Assembly: GCA_043754515.1 (NCBI GenBank)
Contig: JAYUUO010000303.1
Coordinates: 1-20,610 of the forward strand
Direction of reading: 5' to 3'
DNA from: Armatimonadota bacterium
Lineage (GTDB): Bacteria; Armatimonadota; Armatimonadia; Armatimonadales; Armatimonadaceae
Length of the DNA: 20,610 nucleotides
Part shown: positions 18,787 to 20,610 of the stretch, piece by piece
Position numbering within the stretch: the first letter of the stretch is position 1
How the letters are laid out: the number at the start of each line of letters is the position of its first letter
Notes under the pieces: model-generated
The model's database searches: none
The model's input: the letters and a program-made list of their open reading frames with translations, nothing else
What the model was told of the DNA's origin: nothing
Made by a program: the position numbers and the translations under genes

Positions 18787-20610
18787 TGACGGACATTTCC
18801 AGCGAGGCCCAGCGGCTCAAAATCGTGGTCGTCGGGCACGTTGACCACGGCAAGTCAACCCTGATCGGGCGCATCTTTTTCGATACCGATGCCCTCCCCG
18901 AAGGCAAAGTGGCGCAGATACAGCGCGCCTGCGATTTGGAAGGAATGCCGTTCGAGTTCGCCTTTCTGCTCGACGCCCTGCTTGAGGAGCAGGAGCAGAA
19001 CATCACGATTGACACTACGCGCATCCCGTTCCGCACCGAGAAGCGCGGGTATGAGATCATTGACGCGCCGGGACACAAAGAGTTTCTGAAGAACATGATC
19101 ACCGGCGCGGCCTCGGCGGACGCGGCGGTGCTTCTGATCGCGGCGACCGAGGGCGTGCGCGAGCAGTCGCGCCGTCATGGCTATCTGCTCAAACTGCTTG
19201 GCGTGAAGCAGGTCGTGGTCGCGGTCAACAAGATGGACCTGGTCGGGTATGACGAGGCGACGTTCGAGCGGGTGAAAGCGGAGTATAGCGCGTTTCTGGC
19301 CCAGATCGGCTTGACTGCCGAGCGGTTCGTGCCGGTGTCGGCCCGCGAGGGCGACAACATTGCTCGGCACGCGCCCGCTAAAATGCCCTGGTACGCCGGA
19401 AAGACGATCCTGGAAACGCTGGACGGCTTTTCCGCGCCCCCGAATCTCGATGATCAGCCGCTCCGATTCGTGGTGCAGGATATTTACCGCTTCGACGCCC
19501 GCCGCCTGATCGGGGGGCGCATCGAGACGGGCACGCTCGCGGTCGGCGACACGATCACGTTCCAGCCGGGAGATAAGACCGCGAAGGTGGCCTCGTTCGA
19601 GCGGTGGCACGGGCCGGATCGCGATTATGCGGTCGCCACGGAAAGCGTGACGATCACGCTTGACGAGCAGCTGTTCGTGGAGCGCGGGCACGTCGGCTCC
19701 CGAAATACGGGCGCGTCCGGCACCGGGAGGACCGCGCCCCGTGTCTCGCGCCGCTTCACCGCCTCGCTGTTCTGGATGGGCGGGAGCCGCCTCGCGGTCG
19801 GGGAGCCGGTCCGACTCAAGCTCGCGACGCAGGAAACCACGGCGCGGATCACCGCGATCAGCCGCGTGCTGGACGCGTCCACTCTGGAAACGGTCGAAGG
19901 GATCCGCGATTACATGGCCCAGAACGACGTCGCGGAGATCACGGTCGAGACCGATAAACCGGTCGCATTTGATCTGCACGACGACGTCGCGACGCTCGGG
20001 CGGTTCGTGCTGGTCCACGAACGGCGCGTCGCGGGCGGCGGGATCATCACCGGCACCGCCGAAGCCACCGCGCCCCCCCGCCAAACCTCGGACGCCGCGC
20101 GTGCCCAGAACCTCACCTGGTCCGACACACTCGTGTCAACCGAAGAGCAAGCCGCGAGAGTCGGGCACAAGGGCGCGATCTTCTGGCTAACGGGCTTATC
20201 TGGTTCGGGCAAGTCCACCATCGCGTCCACCGTGAACCGGGCACTATTCGAGCGCGGGTACAGCGCGATGGTGCTGGACGGGGACAACCTGCGGCACGGC
20301 TTGTGCGCGGACCTCGGCTTTAGTGACGCGGATCGCACGGAGAACATCCGCCGCGCCGCGCACGTCGCCCGCCTGTTCGCGGAGAACGGCTTCGTCGTGC
20401 TGGCGTCGTTCATCTCGCCGACCCGCGCCGACCGGGACGCTGCCCGCGCCATCGCCGGGTTGGGTGAGATCGCATTCACCGAGGTATACGTCGAGGCGAG
20501 CCTGGAAGCGTGCGAGCGTCGCGACCCGAAGGGGCTGTACAAACGGGCCCGCGCCGGGGAGATCCCCCGATTCACCGGGGTAGACTCGCCGTACGAGCCG
20601 CCCACTTCGC
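18786..20610 (+). CDS. cysNC: Bifunctional sulfate adenylyltransferase subunit 1 / adenylyl-sulfate kinase, truncated by the window end
   Basis: Missing from the ORF track because no stop falls in the window. Hand translation from ATG 18786 (TGATG overlap): GHVDHGKST, DAPGHKEFLKNMITG (19062), NKMD (19227), then in the same frame FWLTGLSGSGKST (20181), LDGDNLRHGL, RDPKGLY, FTGVDSPYE. Confidence 0.95.
   Translation, partial: MTDISSEAQRLKIVVVGHVDHGKSTLIGRIFFDTDALPEGKVAQIQRACDLEGMPFEFAFLLDALLEEQEQNITIDTTRIPFRTEKRGYEIIDAPGHKEFLKNMITGAASADAAVLLIAATEGVREQSRRHGYLLKLLGVKQVVVAVNKMDLVGYDEATFERVKAEYSAFLAQIGLTAERFVPVSAREGDNIARHAPAKMPWYAGKTILETLDGFSAPPNLDDQPLRFVVQDIYRFDARRLIGGRIETGTLAVGDTITFQPGDKTAKVASFERWHGPDRDYAVATESVTITLDEQLFVERGHVGSRNTGASGTGRTAPRVSRRFTASLFWMGGSRLAVGEPVRLKLATQETTARITAISRVLDASTLETVEGIRDYMAQNDVAEITVETDKPVAFDLHDDVATLGRFVLVHERRVAGGGIITGTAEATAPPRQTSDAARAQNLTWSDTLVSTEEQAARVGHKGAIFWLTGLSGSGKSTIASTVNRALFERGYSAMVLDGDNLRHGLCADLGFSDADRTENIRRAAHVARLFAENGFVVLASFISPTRADRDAARAIAGLGEIAFTEVYVEASLEACERRDPKGLYKRARAGEIPRFTGVDSPYEPPTS

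Noticed and set aside
18855..20605. Minus-strand ORFs of 409 and 231 aa
   Set aside because: Antisense to the continuous cysNC frame, which the ORF track missed

Overview
GC-rich bacterial chromosomal window that appears to span the replication origin. From left to right it holds: groEL-groES (minus strand, with a sigma70-type promoter and a CIRCE/HrcA operator), an LpxL/HtrB-family acyltransferase, an orphan flgM-like gene, gnd, a coupled M16 peptidase pair, and a PAS plus RsbT/RsbW-like kinase. Next come an unusually long dnaA (722 aa) flanked by two ~1 kb non-coding regions, a hybrid histidine kinase with two degenerate receivers, and a cysH-cysD-cysNC operon that runs off the right edge. 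Five parS-like palindromes lie left of dnaA, two of them inside coding sequence. The most interesting signal is the candidate origin system. DnaA has a ~100-aa low-complexity insertion between the AAA+ and DNA-binding domains, and dnaN does not follow it. In the AT-rich region downstream, a tandem DnaA-box pair sits ~395 bp from a perfect (CTA)6 DnaA-trio array. The gap contains a cluster of an unexplained TGTTCTAG/GTTCTAGAAC palindromic motif. Gene content suggests a diderm Terrabacteria lineage such as Armatimonadota, but that is inference only. All calls are by eye; no searches were run.
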